A DNA stretch of 64,000 bases from Perkinsela sp. CCAP 1560/9 (GCA_965644495.1 CBFFSA010000011.1:124001-188000), one strand, 5' to 3'. Positions 23,501 to 35,995 are shown, counted from the first letter of the stretch. Translations and numbers: made by a program. The notes: generated from the letters alone by a model not told the origin.

Positions 23501-23572
23501 TGGACGGGTGGGGGATCGAACCCCAGGCCTTTCGAATGCAAATCGAACGCTCTACCACTGAGCTACACGCCC
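23501..23572 (-). tRNA. tRNA-Ala(UGC)
   Basis: GGGCGTG acceptor with G3:U70, anticodon TGC, one acceptor mismatch (U6/C67). Confidence 0.96.
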
Positions 23573-23644
23573 GACTTCGATCTATCGTTTTCGAAAGTAT
23601 TCGATCAAGATTGACACACACGCCCGCTATATTGCCTGCATAGC

Positions 23645-23716
23645 GCTCCTATAGTGTAGCGGTAATCACATCGGACTCTGAATCCGATAACCCTGGTTCG
23701 AGTCCAGGTAGGAGTG
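23645..23716 (+). tRNA. tRNA-Gln(CUG)
   Basis: Anticodon arm TCGGA-CTCTGAA-TCCGA, GGTTCGAGTCC. Confidence 0.96.
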
Positions 23717-23771
23717 TTTTCAAGACACAGAAGCAATTTGACTTGCCCAGTACTTTGCGTGTTCCCAAGTC

Positions 23772-23844
23772 AGCACGGTGGCGCAGCGGTCAGCGCGGTG
23801 GGCTCATAACCCACAGGTCGTAGGATCGAAACCTACCCGTGCTA
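23772..23844 (+). tRNA. Initiator tRNA-Met(CAU)
   Basis: A1:U72, three G:C pairs closing the anticodon stem, GATCGAAA T-loop (A54/A60). Confidence 0.96.
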
Positions 23845-24325
23845 CTTTTGAGCGTCAAAAGTTCTGCCTTTTCTGCCCTTTCTGCCTTTCGCCTCGTTAA
23901 ACACGGTGGTTGTTTTCAACTTAGAAGTCACACATGCTGCGCGCCTCGCCTTGAAAGCTAGCTCCGCGCTTAACGAAGCGACTAAACAAGAAAAAGTAGC
24001 TTCGAAACCGGAAGGTTTTGAGCCAAAATTAGCCGATTTTCGTTAAGTTGGATGAGTACTCATCGAAACGACTACAGTAAACGTCACTATTATCAGAATG
24101 CTCAGTTGTACGTTAACACACACAAAGCGGCTTTCTTGTCGTTTTTCGTCACTATTCTCAGAATTGGTCTGTTGAACGTTGACAGGCACTTATTTATGAG
24201 GTCATATCATAATTCTCATTTTTTAAAAAAAGTTTTTTAATGCAATCCCACTCGCACCCTTATCTGTCATAAACGCGGCACCCTTATCTGTCATAGAAAC
24301 TCGCACCCTTATCTGTCATACAGCA

Positions 24326-24624
24326 TGCCTGGCATGCCAGAGGTAGCAAGGACCCCTAAGACCAGTGCCAATTGCCGCCGCGGTAGTCTACGGGACGGGA
24401 ATCAAACAGCCCAAACAAAGCGTCGCCCCCGCTAGAAACCACGAAATGCGGCCACCTACCAGGGCAAGCGAACACTGAGCTGTATGCAGTGGGGAATGTA
24501 TTGGGGGGAAATTTCCACTTGAAAAACAAGTTGTTCGAAAGTGATATGAGGAAATTTAAGAATGAATATAGATAAATACTTAACTAACTCTATAGAGTTA
24601 GTGTAGAGTGAGTGAGTCAGTGAG
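24326..24624 (+). mobile_element. 5'-truncated LINE 3' end
   Basis: 12-bp TSD TGTCATACAGCA (24314-25, 24625-36); 3' hairpin plus (GTGA)n tail like 51536-51600; inserted in a GCACCCTTATCTGTCATA repeat array. Confidence 0.8.
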
Positions 24625-24839
24625 TGTCATACAGCACCCTTATCTGTCATATAAGCCGCACCCTTATCTGTCATAAACCGATTTAAAAAAAGTCGACCCC
24701 TTAAAAAAATTTCAAGGCCTAAAACAGATTTCAACCCCTAAAAAAAAATTGACCCCTAAAAAAATATTTCAACCCCTTCCAAAAATTTACAATTTTGCTA
24801 CACAGTTAACATAAAAAATAGGTAACCTCAATTGTGGTC

Positions 24840-27800
24840 CCTATCCTATCCTAAAACACTGGTTATTAAAACCAGTTAAGAAAACAACCTTTTCTTACTT
24901 TGTAACAACTTCGGATCCTTAGTAGTTTCATCCTTACCCCCCCCCCCCCAGATTCTTCCATTACCTGTTGAAGTTCTTTTTTGGTCCCTTTATGCTGCTT
25001 CTTTTTGACTTTATGAGTATTACTGGAACCTAAGTACTCATTCTTTTCCGAAGGGAGTTCCACGGAACTTACACCTACCTTGAGAGGCGGTGTACCATCC
25101 TCAACCGCACATCGCTTAGCCACAGACAACGTTTTAGTCTCACCAGACAAAATCGATGTTTGTACTTTTTGTGAGCTCAGAGTTCGAGCTGTGACTACAC
25201 CTGGCGTCTTTTTTCTCCTCTTTGGTTCTGAGGTATGAAGAGTCTTGCGTGTTCCTGAAACGGCCAGCGCATCAGCCTTCTCATTATATGTGTTCCCATT
25301 ATGGGACCTCACTTTGCACATGAATACTTCAACGTTCTCAGCTTGCATTGACCGAATTTTCCTGTCCAATAAGGGCAGAAGATCCCCATTTGGTACTTTA
25401 TTATACCCAATAACACGGCGCCGAAATCTCATTAAATGAAAGAAATTCCATACGTAGAAGGAATCAGTGTGTAATATTAGCTTCTTTGCTCCTTCAGGTA
25501 TAATGTTTAGTGCTTGTTGTAGGGATTCCATCCCTGCTCTCTCTGGTGTGTCAGCATTTAATCGTATGGAATAGTGTTGATCATTCTGGTTAGTCTGCTT
25601 TATGACGATTCCTGCGCCGCCTCTGCCTTCATTGGTGCCTCTAACGGTGCGAACGGAACCATCAATATACATATGTACTTCCTCTTCCCCTATCGGAAAG
25701 GGGTCGGGTCCTTCTTCAACAAACTGTAGCCCGTAACATTCGCCTCTGATTGCATTCCTGTGTTTGGCCTTCCATTGTGATGATTGTAATCTAATATAAT
25801 CTGGTAGTGGCTCAAGGTTTTGCCTGAGTTCTTCGCATAACTTTTGCCAGTGTGTTTGATCCGATGAATAAACAAGAGCTTCCTCAAGGGTTATTCCTAA
25901 ATCTTTGAAGCACGCTTCACTTGGAGAAGATTGTCGGGCCGTTTCTTTAGATTTCCATTGTACGAGTTCTCGATAGACTGGCAAGTGTCGCAGCATGTGC
26001 CCGATGAGTTTCGCCCTACTGACACGATGTACAGTGGAAAATCTCGGGGTCCCGCAGTAGAGAGATTCCAAAGAGAAGCAGTGACCGAAATCATCTAGCT
26101 TCGCGCAGTTGCAGGCAAATCGTCGCATCATGTTGATCTCCACCTCCACTCTTTTCAAAACAGCATTAGAGATAAACAGTGCCCCGGCTCCGAATGTCAG
26201 AATTGGGTACACCAAACAGTCGAATAGTCTTAATTTGGTTGCTGCGGCTAAAGGAGAAATCCAAATTTCTCGCATTCTACGGAATGCAGCCCACGTGAGT
26301 CGTAGTCTATCCTTGATTGGTGCTGAAGCCGTTGCATCCTGCATGTGCCCAAGGTGTCGGTATGAGTCTACCAAAGGGATTTTCCCAAGAGATTCTGATC
26401 TAAGTTCTCTTGAACCTCCAGGTACCTTTCCGAATGCCATCCAAGCTGTCTTAGTCCTACCAAGAGCAAGAGACAAATTTGCGGGACGTGCTTCCTGTGC
26501 CGTCGTAGAGGACAAGAGTGCAATATCGTCAGCATAGTCAATATCCGTGAGCCTGACTTCTTGAATACCTCTACTTTTCGTACCAGTACTCTTTAAAAGA
26601 ATTCCCTGAGGCTTTTTATCGAGAGCACGATGAAGGATACGATCAATTACAAGTACAAAAAGATATGGCGCAAGAACATCACCCTGAAGAATTCCAGTCG
26701 TAATCGGAAAAGTCTGCGTGTTCCCGTACGGTGTGCGCACTATCCCCTGAAGATCAGTGTAAAGAGACATGATTGTGCGAGTCATCGCAGGACCGACGCG
26801 AAAGGCATCAAGAGCGGAACGAATAGCATGATAAGAAACGGAGGGGAACGCCTTGGCAAAGTCAATGAATGCTACTAATATGCCTCGTTTGTCTCTTGTT
26901 GCGCGTGTGGTTAAGTCATTCAATAGTAATTGAGCACCTGCGGTGGACCTGTCCGGGCGAAACCCAAATTGACTATCACGCAGCAACCCCTCTATTGATG
27001 GCCGTATACGACGCAAAATCATGCAGTTCATTAATTTTACTACACTATTAACTAGACAAATAGGGCGCCAATTAGAAATTTGAGATAGATCACCTTTTTT
27101 GGGAATCGGAACTTGTATAACAAGTTTCCAGCACTCTGGCGACTCTCCTGTTTGATGGATTTTGTCCATAATTTGCAAGAGAGAGGATCGTATTTCAGGA
27201 TGTCTTGTGATAGACCTTAAAGCTTCGGCAGGAATGTTATCTATACCCGGAGCTTTGTGTCTAGCAAGTCTTTCAGCGCTCTCTGCGAGCTCTTCACCAG
27301 TAAATGGACCGTCAAAAATGGTGTTTCTCGGAACTGGAACCTGATCAAAGTTTATATTGGGGTCGCCGCGGTCGTCTCCACCAATTCCAGCAAAGAATTG
27401 TTGAATAATTCTAAGTGATTCTCGTTTTGATCTCGCTTCAATTTTGAGAGATTCCCGGTATATCCCGCATATTCTTCTCAAAGTTCGCCAAGGATTAGAC
27501 CTATTTTGCCGTAGTTCAGACTCGATTTCTTCGCACTCACGTCTGATCTCTGCTTCAATTTCGTCGCCATGCCGCTCAACAACGTTTTTGAAATGCTCCG
27601 GATTACGGCTCTGAATAAATATGTCACGGAAACGTGTCTTTGAAGTCTGGTCTGTCTGTTGGGTCATGGTTTCTGTCTCGAGATTTGGGGATTCGGGGTC
27701 TTCTTTGTCGGATGGCTTACAGGCTAATTTATTTGCTCCGTCTACCATGATTTTAGAAAGCTGTTCCCATGTAATGTCTTCCTTTTTCTGTGCAGCGGAA

Positions 27801-29330
27801 AAAACTAGTTCTTGGAATTCTTTTTCTTGTTTTGGGTCCCCGAAAAAGGCCAGATTACGCCACTGCTTCCCTTTTTGTTCTCGCATTTCCATTTGATCTT
27901 CAAATTTACAATTACAGCACAATGTGTAGTTGGGATCGGTGATTTAAGAACCTTATGTCTACTTATGCTTGAAGAAAAACGTTCACTCACTAATATGTGA
28001 TCAAGTTGCCTGCATACGTTTTTGCCTTTTATCTTCGTGGGCAATTCGCACGTCCACTTTCTCCGGCTGGGGCAGAGGGAGTGTGCTGATCTACATTCAA
28101 TGGAGCAGAGAAGGCCTCTCATTCTCGATACCGCCGGTAAATCCATGCGATAATTTGATACCATTGTCAATGGTGCATTAAAGTCGCCCATAACAATTGT
28201 TGGTCGCTTACGACCTTTTGCACTAACCTCCTTGCACGCATGTTCGACATCCCCCAAAAACTCAGCATGAGCGGTCTCTGAGGAATCTCTAATTGGCGCG
28301 TAGACGTTAATTAAGGTACCAGTCCCTTGCTCTAGGGAGCATTCTGCTCCCATCACTCTGGGGCTCACTTCTCTTACGTTTTGTAAATGCATCTGGCTTA
28401 CGATAGCCAAACCGTTATAAGCATCTTTCGCGCGTGCAGATTGAAGATGATGTCAATAATTTCTGTAATTTGGATTGCAAAAGACAATTAGTAACCACAG
28501 TGCCCCCCGTTCCGACTAATAACAATTTCACAACGCTTCCTGAAACTCTTCAACGTTTTCTGAACCGTTGCAGAGTGGGTCTGTTTCAATTTAAGGAAAG
28601 ACCCCTCAATGGCGGCTTCCAGTTGCTGTCGATTTCGGGGTCGAAGAAGATTTTTGTCTGTGTCCATCACAGACCACAAATATAAATAATTTGTGCGCCG
28701 TAGCGGAGTACGATCCTGTGCGCTCGTATTCCGCCACCAAAAGCATGCGGTGACTCTCTTTGACGGGGGCGGGGGAAGAATACGATCTATCGCTCAGTAC
28801 TCCACGGGAAGTCCTCGAGCGAGCGCGCTTTTGGGGCATTTTCTAGTAAAAAATGTAATTCCTGCGAGGGAAAAAAGCGAAATGTGGTATCAAAAAATAT
28901 GTACGTTAAAATCACAGGATTTTAATGCGCCTAAAACATACAACTCTGTGAGAGCTATCCAATGCGCTATTATTTTCCAAAATTGGACAACTTTTACGAA
29001 TTTTAGACCCCCCCACCTTTAGACCCGCACCCCTGTATATGTGGTACTGCCCCCCTAGGTGTTCCACCTGTCGATAAATAATCACATTTACACTGTCCTT
29101 TGGTGAAAAAGTGTACCTGGTTTCCTGCAAACACATAACGTCAATCCCCTTACGCTGCATAAAAGAAAGAACCTCAATAAGACACGTACACCTTCTGAGT
29201 GAGAATTCGTCATCTCCTTCAAGTTTCAAAGTTGTCACATTTAGTGTGCCAAAAGTTGTTTTCTCCTTCTCAGCGGAACGTTCAACGTTCTCCGAGTCGT
29301 GTTGGGCATGTTTGCCACGCGATGCCCATG
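24840..29330 (-). mobile_element. Near full-length LINE (APE endonuclease-RT-RNase H), one frameshift and one insertion
   Basis: APE motifs GTLNV, CLQET (29036-29260), NVYAP, MGDFNA, LDHILV (27805-28449). RT/RNase H ORF 24866-27922 with DYADD, YIDGS, KVRSHNGNTYNEKADALA. (GATAG)n tail at ~24840. Confidence 0.93.
28450..29035 (-). mobile_element. Internally deleted Tc1-like element, one TIR remaining
   Basis: TIR ending ...CACCCCTG+TA at 29035; MPQKRARSRTSR N-terminus homologous to 36172..37263; splits the LINE APE sequence YHIY/LQSARAKDAYNG. Confidence 0.85.
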
Positions 29331-29371
29331 GTATAGTACGTCATGGTACGAGGACATGTCCAATTCTCTAA

Positions 29372-30415
29372 TTGTCACACTGTCATGGTAATGTCACGTC
29401 ATGGTACGAGAAGCATCGCCAGCTTCTTGCTCAGGGACCGAAATTGATTAGTGCTTTGCAAGTAGCGCGTGAAACTGAGGGTATCGAAACTCCGAAGCTC
29501 GGAGGTGTGACGCGCTGGTGTCAGGATAAGTTTACATGTATGCAATTTTTGGCGAAGAATATGGACACAGTATCGGCATTTGTGTACAGCGAAAGTGAAA
29601 AGGCACGGGCGTCAAAGTCCATTATTAAGTGTAAGCGTTTGCTGGACCGGTACGGAGCTTCGGAAATTAAAGCAAGCTGCTTTACATTTCTTGAACAATG
29701 CAGCGTTTTGCATTCAGCACTGAACAAATTTTCAGACATGTCGGGGAAACCGATGGCAACTCATGTCGAAACTACGCTGCAGCTCTTGTTCGAACATAGC
29801 GAAAGTGACGAAGCGCCCTCGCGAATGCGAGAAGCACTTCTTTATCACAAGACTCGTCTACAAAAATATCATAATATGCGCTTTTGGAACGATGTTCTCT
29901 GGTTCCGTCCCGGATGGATCGTTCAGTTCGCTCGTCCTTGTGGTCTTCTCCCCATCTCGGTAGCTCGAGCAAATAATGTTTTTGACAAAAATGCGGACGG
30001 TCCGTCGGCCGAGCAGCCGATCTTTCGTATTTCATCCGATGAGTGGGAAAAATACTTAGCATGCCTCGATTTCAGTTGGGATCCGTCTAAGTTCAGCAAC
30101 GAATACGAATGGTGGTGTGGTCCTGGGTGTGAAATGTTCCCAGCGATTTACGAAGCTGCCGTACACTACGTTTGGACGCCACCCCTGGTCAACAGGTGCG
30201 ACTCCTGGCTTTCCGTGCTTGGATATACATGGTATGTAGGGAGCTATACTGGTATGTATAGCTCACGCCAGGCCTCCCTTGCTCCCGATGTTGTATCGCA
30301 CCAGATATTCGTGCGAGGAAATTGCGACAAGCTAGGATATATGACTCAAGGTGATGCTGATTCGCTGGAAAATGATAGTGAGCTTGAATCATTGTCAGAT
30401 ACAGAACATAACTGA
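29372..30415 (+). pseudogene. hAT-like transposase, C-terminal half
   Basis: VTRW motif and dimerisation-domain pattern WW..FPAIYEAAVHYVWTP..CDSWLS..RQASL. Confidence 0.65.
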
Positions 30416-31172
30416 CTTAACATTATGTGGATTGTACGCAGTAGTTGTATTTGATTTTAGTACAGTGATTACTATACAGTATAGTATTAGTACTGTATGA
30501 AGCGGGGATAAGCCCGCCAGATCAAGAAAAAAAAGGATTGTTTGGTTTAGGGGATAGGAAAGGGGGGAAACCGAATGAAAGACGGATTTTTCCTTCTATG
30601 GATTGAGATACTGTTTCTGTAGCGACAACTTGCTCAGCAAAGTTGGCACAGTCATCGAGCTTTATTCTAGTACGGGATCGTATGGTTGGTTGGTAAATCT
30701 GGGTGAAAGCGGGTAAATGGGTCAATGACCCGGGTAAATTACCCGCGTTTGCCACCACGTGGGTAATTACACATTTACCCGGCAGGGGTATGTATAAACG
30801 AGGTTAATAGTACTACAAATTTTCTTGAATCACTATAAACTATCTATAAATAGTTTTAGGGACCTCTGCTTTTAAAAGTCTCATAGTCTCGCCCTTAAAA
30901 ACATTTCTGTACAAAAGATCAAGCCCGGAGCAATGGTCCAGATTTCCCCCCCGAAAAAGCATACACCCCAGTAAGAGAGATTTGGTCATTTTGACCCAAA
31001 ATTTATTCTCTTACTGGGGGGGTATACGGTAAGTATCCAAGAAGTGGGCGCGTCTTCCATTCCGAGGGCCCCATAAGATTGCATGAAAAAAAAATCGGCG
31101 TTGACTGCTCGCTTCTCAAAATTCGCAAGCTGGACGCCTAAGGCGACGCCCCTGTACTTGCCTTGCTTTGCA

Positions 31173-32212
31173 CTAGTTTAGTAGTGCTCCGGAGTAGAAT
31201 GCATTGCAGAAGGAACGCCAAAGTCGAAAAATAGGCTTGTTTTCGTAATCCTTTAATATCTGTTTCGCAATGTTGTTAAGCACGTGTCCTACGCAGCTCG
31301 ACAAAGTTATCTTAGGCAGCCTCTCTCGTACCCCGAGTTGAATGTTGATGCGATCGGTGGAACCGATGTCTTGAATTTTCCCATAAAACTCAGCTAAATT
31401 TCCTATGTATTCTTTGCATTCAATGCGAGCAACGTGATTCACAGTTGAGCCATCGACTTGTAAAAATCGTAGCTTGTAGACGCGATCTTCGTGAAGCACT
31501 CCGGCCAAAGAATTTATGAGAGTATGTGCTGCTTCTTTCCCGTCAAAGGCAGCGTGTTTTCTACCATACATTGGAGGTAGAAGAATCTGTGCACTCCCAA
31601 CGTACAACACTTCGATCAGAACATACTCATGCAGTATGCGATCAATTCCCGCATCCAGAGCAATTCCGAAGAAGCTTTCAGAATCACCCTTCGATCTTAC
31701 ATACGGGGTTACATACGGGGGGTTACATACGGGGTTACATACGGGGGTACATATGGGCCCACAGCTCATCAGCCAACTCTGCTTCCCATTTATGCAATTT
31801 TGTTGAGTGGTTCGGAAGCCGTGGCGCAATAACATGCGGTGGAAGGTTCAGACGGAAATCTTCATATGCTCGCAGTAACCACATGGCCCTTGAGGCAGAC
31901 CAATTGGTGGAGGACAGCAAACATGGTAAAACCTTTCTAGTAAAGATGCTCACAGAATCAATTTTCTTGATTTATCGATTTTTCAGGCCCTTTACATTCG
32001 ACGCGATGTTTGTAATATACGATGTTTGTACGCGAGAAGAACAATGTTTACATTGAAAGTGTCTGGTCGAAACTATTCCTGAGAATCTCATCAGTATTGC
32101 GCTGAGCATAGGCCTTGCATTTTTCATTGCGGGAGCTGTCAGGAGATCCACAACACTGTTCCAGCTTGAAATGTTCAGGCAAAATTCTTTCCGACATTCG
32201 ATGTCGTGACCT
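31173..32212 (-). pseudogene. hAT-like transposase, N-terminal half
   Basis: FQCKHC (BED-like), IALDAG, LQVDGSTVN, SCVGHVLNN (CxxH); broken by a stop and a TTACATACGGGG x4 expansion at ~31697-31752. Confidence 0.65.
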
Positions 32213-32383
32213 GGCACCCGCACCATTATCTTGCATAAAAAGTGGCACTTTATACTGCATGAATTCACCTTTATCTGGCATAATGCACCTTTATATTGCA
32301 TAAGGCACCTTAATATTGCATAATTCACCTTGAAATTGCATATTCAGCGACACCTTTATATTGCATATTAAGCTGCACCTTTA

Positions 32384-33710
32384 AACCCCTCGACACGAAT
32401 AAAGCACCCCCCTTTATTTTTTGCGTGCGGGGACCCATGGGGGTTGCAGCACCACTTTATCGTCCAGAATTTTGAGATCTGCACGTTCCCGTGGTTTTTA
32501 GCTTCATTTAAAACTTTTAAAAAAATCAGTTTCAGAAATATTTTCTTTCTAAAATTTCATGGTAAAATCCAAGTACCGTCCCCCAAAGGGGGGGATGACC
32601 CCTATAGGTAAGACATTATTGCGCCTGAGGTTCGAGGACGGTGTCCCAAAGAAGCAACTTGCACGAGAATTTAATATTTCTGTAAAATATGTGAGGCAAT
32701 ATCTGAAAGCAAAAGAAACCAATAAAACCAAAATATTTACACCGAAAAAAAATATCTTACGTCGCAGAAAAAAAATAGTAACCATTATTTCACCAAAAGA
32801 CCTTGCTGGAGTGCCGAAACACAGCAGCGCTAGATGCATTGCGGGGAGATTGAGTAAAAAGGGGGTACATGTCACAAAACGCACTGTTCAACGTGACTTA
32901 AAAGCAATGAAATATACTTATTCCCCACGCCCGGTTACTATGGCGTTGACCGAACGTCAGAAGGCTAAAAGGGTTGAGTTTGCCTTTGCATGGAATGGGG
33001 ATTCACGCATAATTGTATTTTCTGATGAAAAAATCTTTGATACTAATGATATGCGTAAAAAAATGTGGGTTGCCCCGGGCGAAAAGGCTACTCCAAGGCA
33101 GAAAATGCGTTGGGCCCCAAAGTGCCATGTGTGGGGTGCCATTGGAGTTGGGTGGCGTTATCTAGCTATTCTTCCCAATGACAGCTCAATTACGAGCGAA
33201 ACGTATATTAAAACCCTGCGTAAGACTCCTTTCCCCCGTAATTTTATTTTTCAACAAGATGGAGCAGGCGCACACACTGCAAAAATGACAAAGTCTTATC
33301 TTTTTGAATCAGAAATTCAGTATATCAAAAATTGGCCTGCCAACTCACCTGACCTCAATCCTATAGAAAATGTATGGGAAATGATACAGCAACGAGTATG
33401 TGGAATGAACCCCTCGAGTACTACTTCGCTTATTAGGTGTGTAAAAAAAGCATTTAAAGAAATCCCCCGAAGGGAAATAAATAAAACTGTTTTAAGCTTC
33501 GATCGTCGACTAGAAGCCTGCGTAAAGTGCAAGGGAGAAAAAGTGAAAAAGTGGTAATCGTCTACTTATATTTTACCTTATTCACCCCAGGACAATTTTA
33601 CAAGGTGCGCAAAGTCTATTCACTGAGATCTGCAAAATGCCACAAGAATTAGCTCAAACGGACTTACCATACAAATTTTAGAGGGGGGTGCTTTATTGTG
33701 TCGAGGGGGT
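32384..33710 (+). mobile_element. Tc1-like transposon, complete
   Basis: TIR A(A/C)CCCCTCGACAC..AATAAAGCACCCCCCT, TA duplicated. Confidence 0.95.
32559..33557 (+). CDS. Tc1-like transposase, DD35E, intact 332 aa
   Basis: HTH N-terminus, FSDEK, QQDGAGAH, WPANSPDLNPIENVW. Confidence 0.95.
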   Translation: MVKSKYRPPKGGMTPIGKTLLRLRFEDGVPKKQLAREFNISVKYVRQYLKAKETNKTKIFTPKKNILRRRKKIVTIISPKDLAGVPKHSSARCIAGRLSKKGVHVTKRTVQRDLKAMKYTYSPRPVTMALTERQKAKRVEFAFAWNGDSRIIVFSDEKIFDTNDMRKKMWVAPGEKATPRQKMRWAPKCHVWGAIGVGWRYLAILPNDSSITSETYIKTLRKTPFPRNFIFQQDGAGAHTAKMTKSYLFESEIQYIKNWPANSPDLNPIENVWEMIQQRVCGMNPSSTTSLIRCVKKAFKEIPRREINKTVLSFDRRLEACVKCKGEKVKKW

Positions 33711-33812
33711 TATATTGCATAATCACCTTGATATTGCATAGTGCACCTTCATATTGCATAATCACCTTTATATTGCATAATCACCTTTATATTGCATAAT
33801 CACCTTTATATC

Positions 33813-34590
33813 GTCGCTCGCGCGACCCCCGCTAAATAGGGGGGGAAGGTGGTAGTTGTGGGGTATGGAGGCCTCTCGCAACTCGGGGCCTCACCGGGAG
33901 CAAAGGTGAATTTATTAGCCGGTTTATTTCGCAGACGGGTAAACAAGGTCTAGGTTCATTGGCCCGGCCGGCCCCTCCGTGCGTTCGGCCTCTCATTTCC
34001 CCCAAAACAGCTACCACCTTCCCCCCATTTATCTGGGGTCGCTCGCGCGACCCCCGCTAAATAGGGGGGGAAGGTGGTAGTTGTGGGGTATGGAGGCCTC
34101 TCGCAACTCGGGGCCTCACCGGGAGCAAAGGTGAATTTATTAGCCGGTTTATTTCGCAGACGGGTAAACAAGGTCTAGGTTCATTGGCCCGGCCGGCCCC
34201 TCCGTGCGTTCGGCCTCTCATTTCCCCCAAAACAGCTACCACCTTCCCCCCATTTATCTGGGGTCGCTCGCGCGACCCCCGCTAAATAGGGCGGGAAGGT
34301 GGTAGTTGTGGGGTACGGAGGCCTCTCGCAACTCCGGGGCCTCACCGGGAGCAAAGGTGAATTTATTAGCCGGTTTATTTCGCAGACGGGTAAACAAGGT
34401 CTAGGTTCATTGGCCCGGCCGGCCCCTCCGTGCGTTCGGCCTCTCATTTCCCCCAAAACAGCTACCACCTTCCCCCCATTTATCTGGGGTCGCTCGCGCG
34501 ACCCCCGCTAAATAGGGGGGGAAGGTGGTAGTTGTGGGGTATGGAGGACTCTCGCAACTCCGGGGCCTCACCGGGAGGAAAAGTGAATTT
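33813..34590. repeat. Tandem array, ~3.4 x 225-226-bp GC-rich hairpin unit
   Basis: Units start at 33813, 34038, 34263 and 34489; near-identical; long internal inverted repeat. Confidence 0.97.
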
Positions 34591-34879
34591 ATTTAATTCC
34601 ATTTTTTGGCAATGTTAAGAACCTAAAATTTCTAGTCAACCTCAAATTTCGCGAACACCAACCAAAAATGATCATATTTTTTAAGGCATCAATTTTTTTT
34701 TAATGGGTCAAAAAATTTTTAAGGGCTCGAAAAAAATTGAAGGGCTCGATTTTTTTTTCAAGTTTTATGCCAGATAAAGGTGCAGAATTTATGCAATATA
34801 AAGGTGCAGCTTAATAAGCCATATAAAAGTGCATTATGCAATATAAAGGTGAATTGTGCAATATAAAGGTGAATTATGC

Positions 34880-35956
34880 CAGGGTTCGCAGAAACTATAA
34901 AACTATCAATATAGTACTATATAGTTACTGTAAACATTTTTCGAAAACTATAAAAAACTATATTTTTTTGTTTCACATTTTAGGCACTCCGAAGCTCACC
35001 AACACGCCATAAATACACGGCAAATTCATTTGTGTACGATTTTTCTTATTTTTAAACCCGAAAATTGATGCCCGAAATTAAAGTTACGAGGGGTAGTTTC
35101 TGCAAAGATTATTTTATTGAACTGCTGCACACGGAGGGAAGTAAACAAGCGGTTGAATGTAACTTGTGTCAGGAGGGGACGTACCCCAGTCCCATCGCGT
35201 GGCCTTGGCAGATTGCATTGTGCGAATCTTGCTTCCCGAACATCTTCTCACTGCATCGCTGTCGCCGCGCGTTGGCTGGAGCCACCGACGTTATGTCTTG
35301 GGACTGAACAACTGCTGCTCACAATTCTATGAGTTTGAATAAATACAATCATATGAGTCTGAATAAATTACGCGGTGTGTTGTCGAGTGGAGAGTTTGTA
35401 CTTCCTATCGTCACTCCTTTCGCATGCGTTTCATTGCTATTTCCGAGGAAATGACACACTAGTTGATGATATTTTTCGGCGGTGATGGAATCGCGGGGAA
35501 GAGGGAGGATGTTTCGATAGCTATGTAACCCAGGATAAAGTGGACGAGGGAGGTTTTAAAAGCACCTTTAAACCACCACAAAAATGGAATGATTTCTCCC
35601 GGTTTGTAAAGGATTCCGACGTGCCAAAAGAATCTTTAAGGGACATACCCTTCCATTTTTATGGTGGTTTGCCAAAGGTGCTTTTAGTATCTCCCTCGTC
35701 CACTTTAGCTTGGGTTACATTTTTTTCAGAATTTCTTGTCATATTATACGTATGTAAGCGTGTAAGAACGCATGTAGAGGCGTGTGTATGTCCTTCACAA
35801 GCGGAGAGGACTCAAAAAATATCACTTGTAAAGTGAAAAAAACTTTATAGTTTTCTTATAGTTTTATAGTAAAATATAGTACATATAGTACTATATATTA
35901 ACTATATTCAATGAAAAAAACTATATTTTACTATATTATAGTTTCTGCGAACCCTG
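34880..35956. mobile_element. hAT-type MITE
   Basis: TIR CAGGGTTCGCAGAAACTATA, 8-bp TSD AATTATGC (34872-79, 35957-64); contains a nested ACCCA..AAAGTGGACGAGGGAG MITE at ~35528-35715. Confidence 0.93.
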
Positions 35957-35995
35957 AATTATGCAATATATAGGTGCAGCTTAGTATGCAATATA

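Noticed and set aside
24250-24680. CRISPR-like GCACCCTTATCTGTCATA repeats with variable spacers
   Set aside because: Spacers are only 2-7 bp, there are no cas genes, and the context is eukaryotic; they match transposon subterminal repeats.
30605-30622. GATACTGTTTCTGTAG as another SL relic
   Set aside because: Too short and mismatched to separate from chance; the same applies to CTGTACTTTTTG at ~41372.
31697-31752. TTACATACGGGG repeats as telomere addition
   Set aside because: Not the kinetoplastid TTAGGG; only ~4 internal units, more likely slippage.
33813-34590. Hammerhead or HDV ribozyme in the 225-bp unit
   Set aside because: No CUGANGA/GAAA core with the proper stems, and GGCCGG..CCGGCT lacks the P1.1/P3 elements; a non-canonical ribozyme is not excluded.
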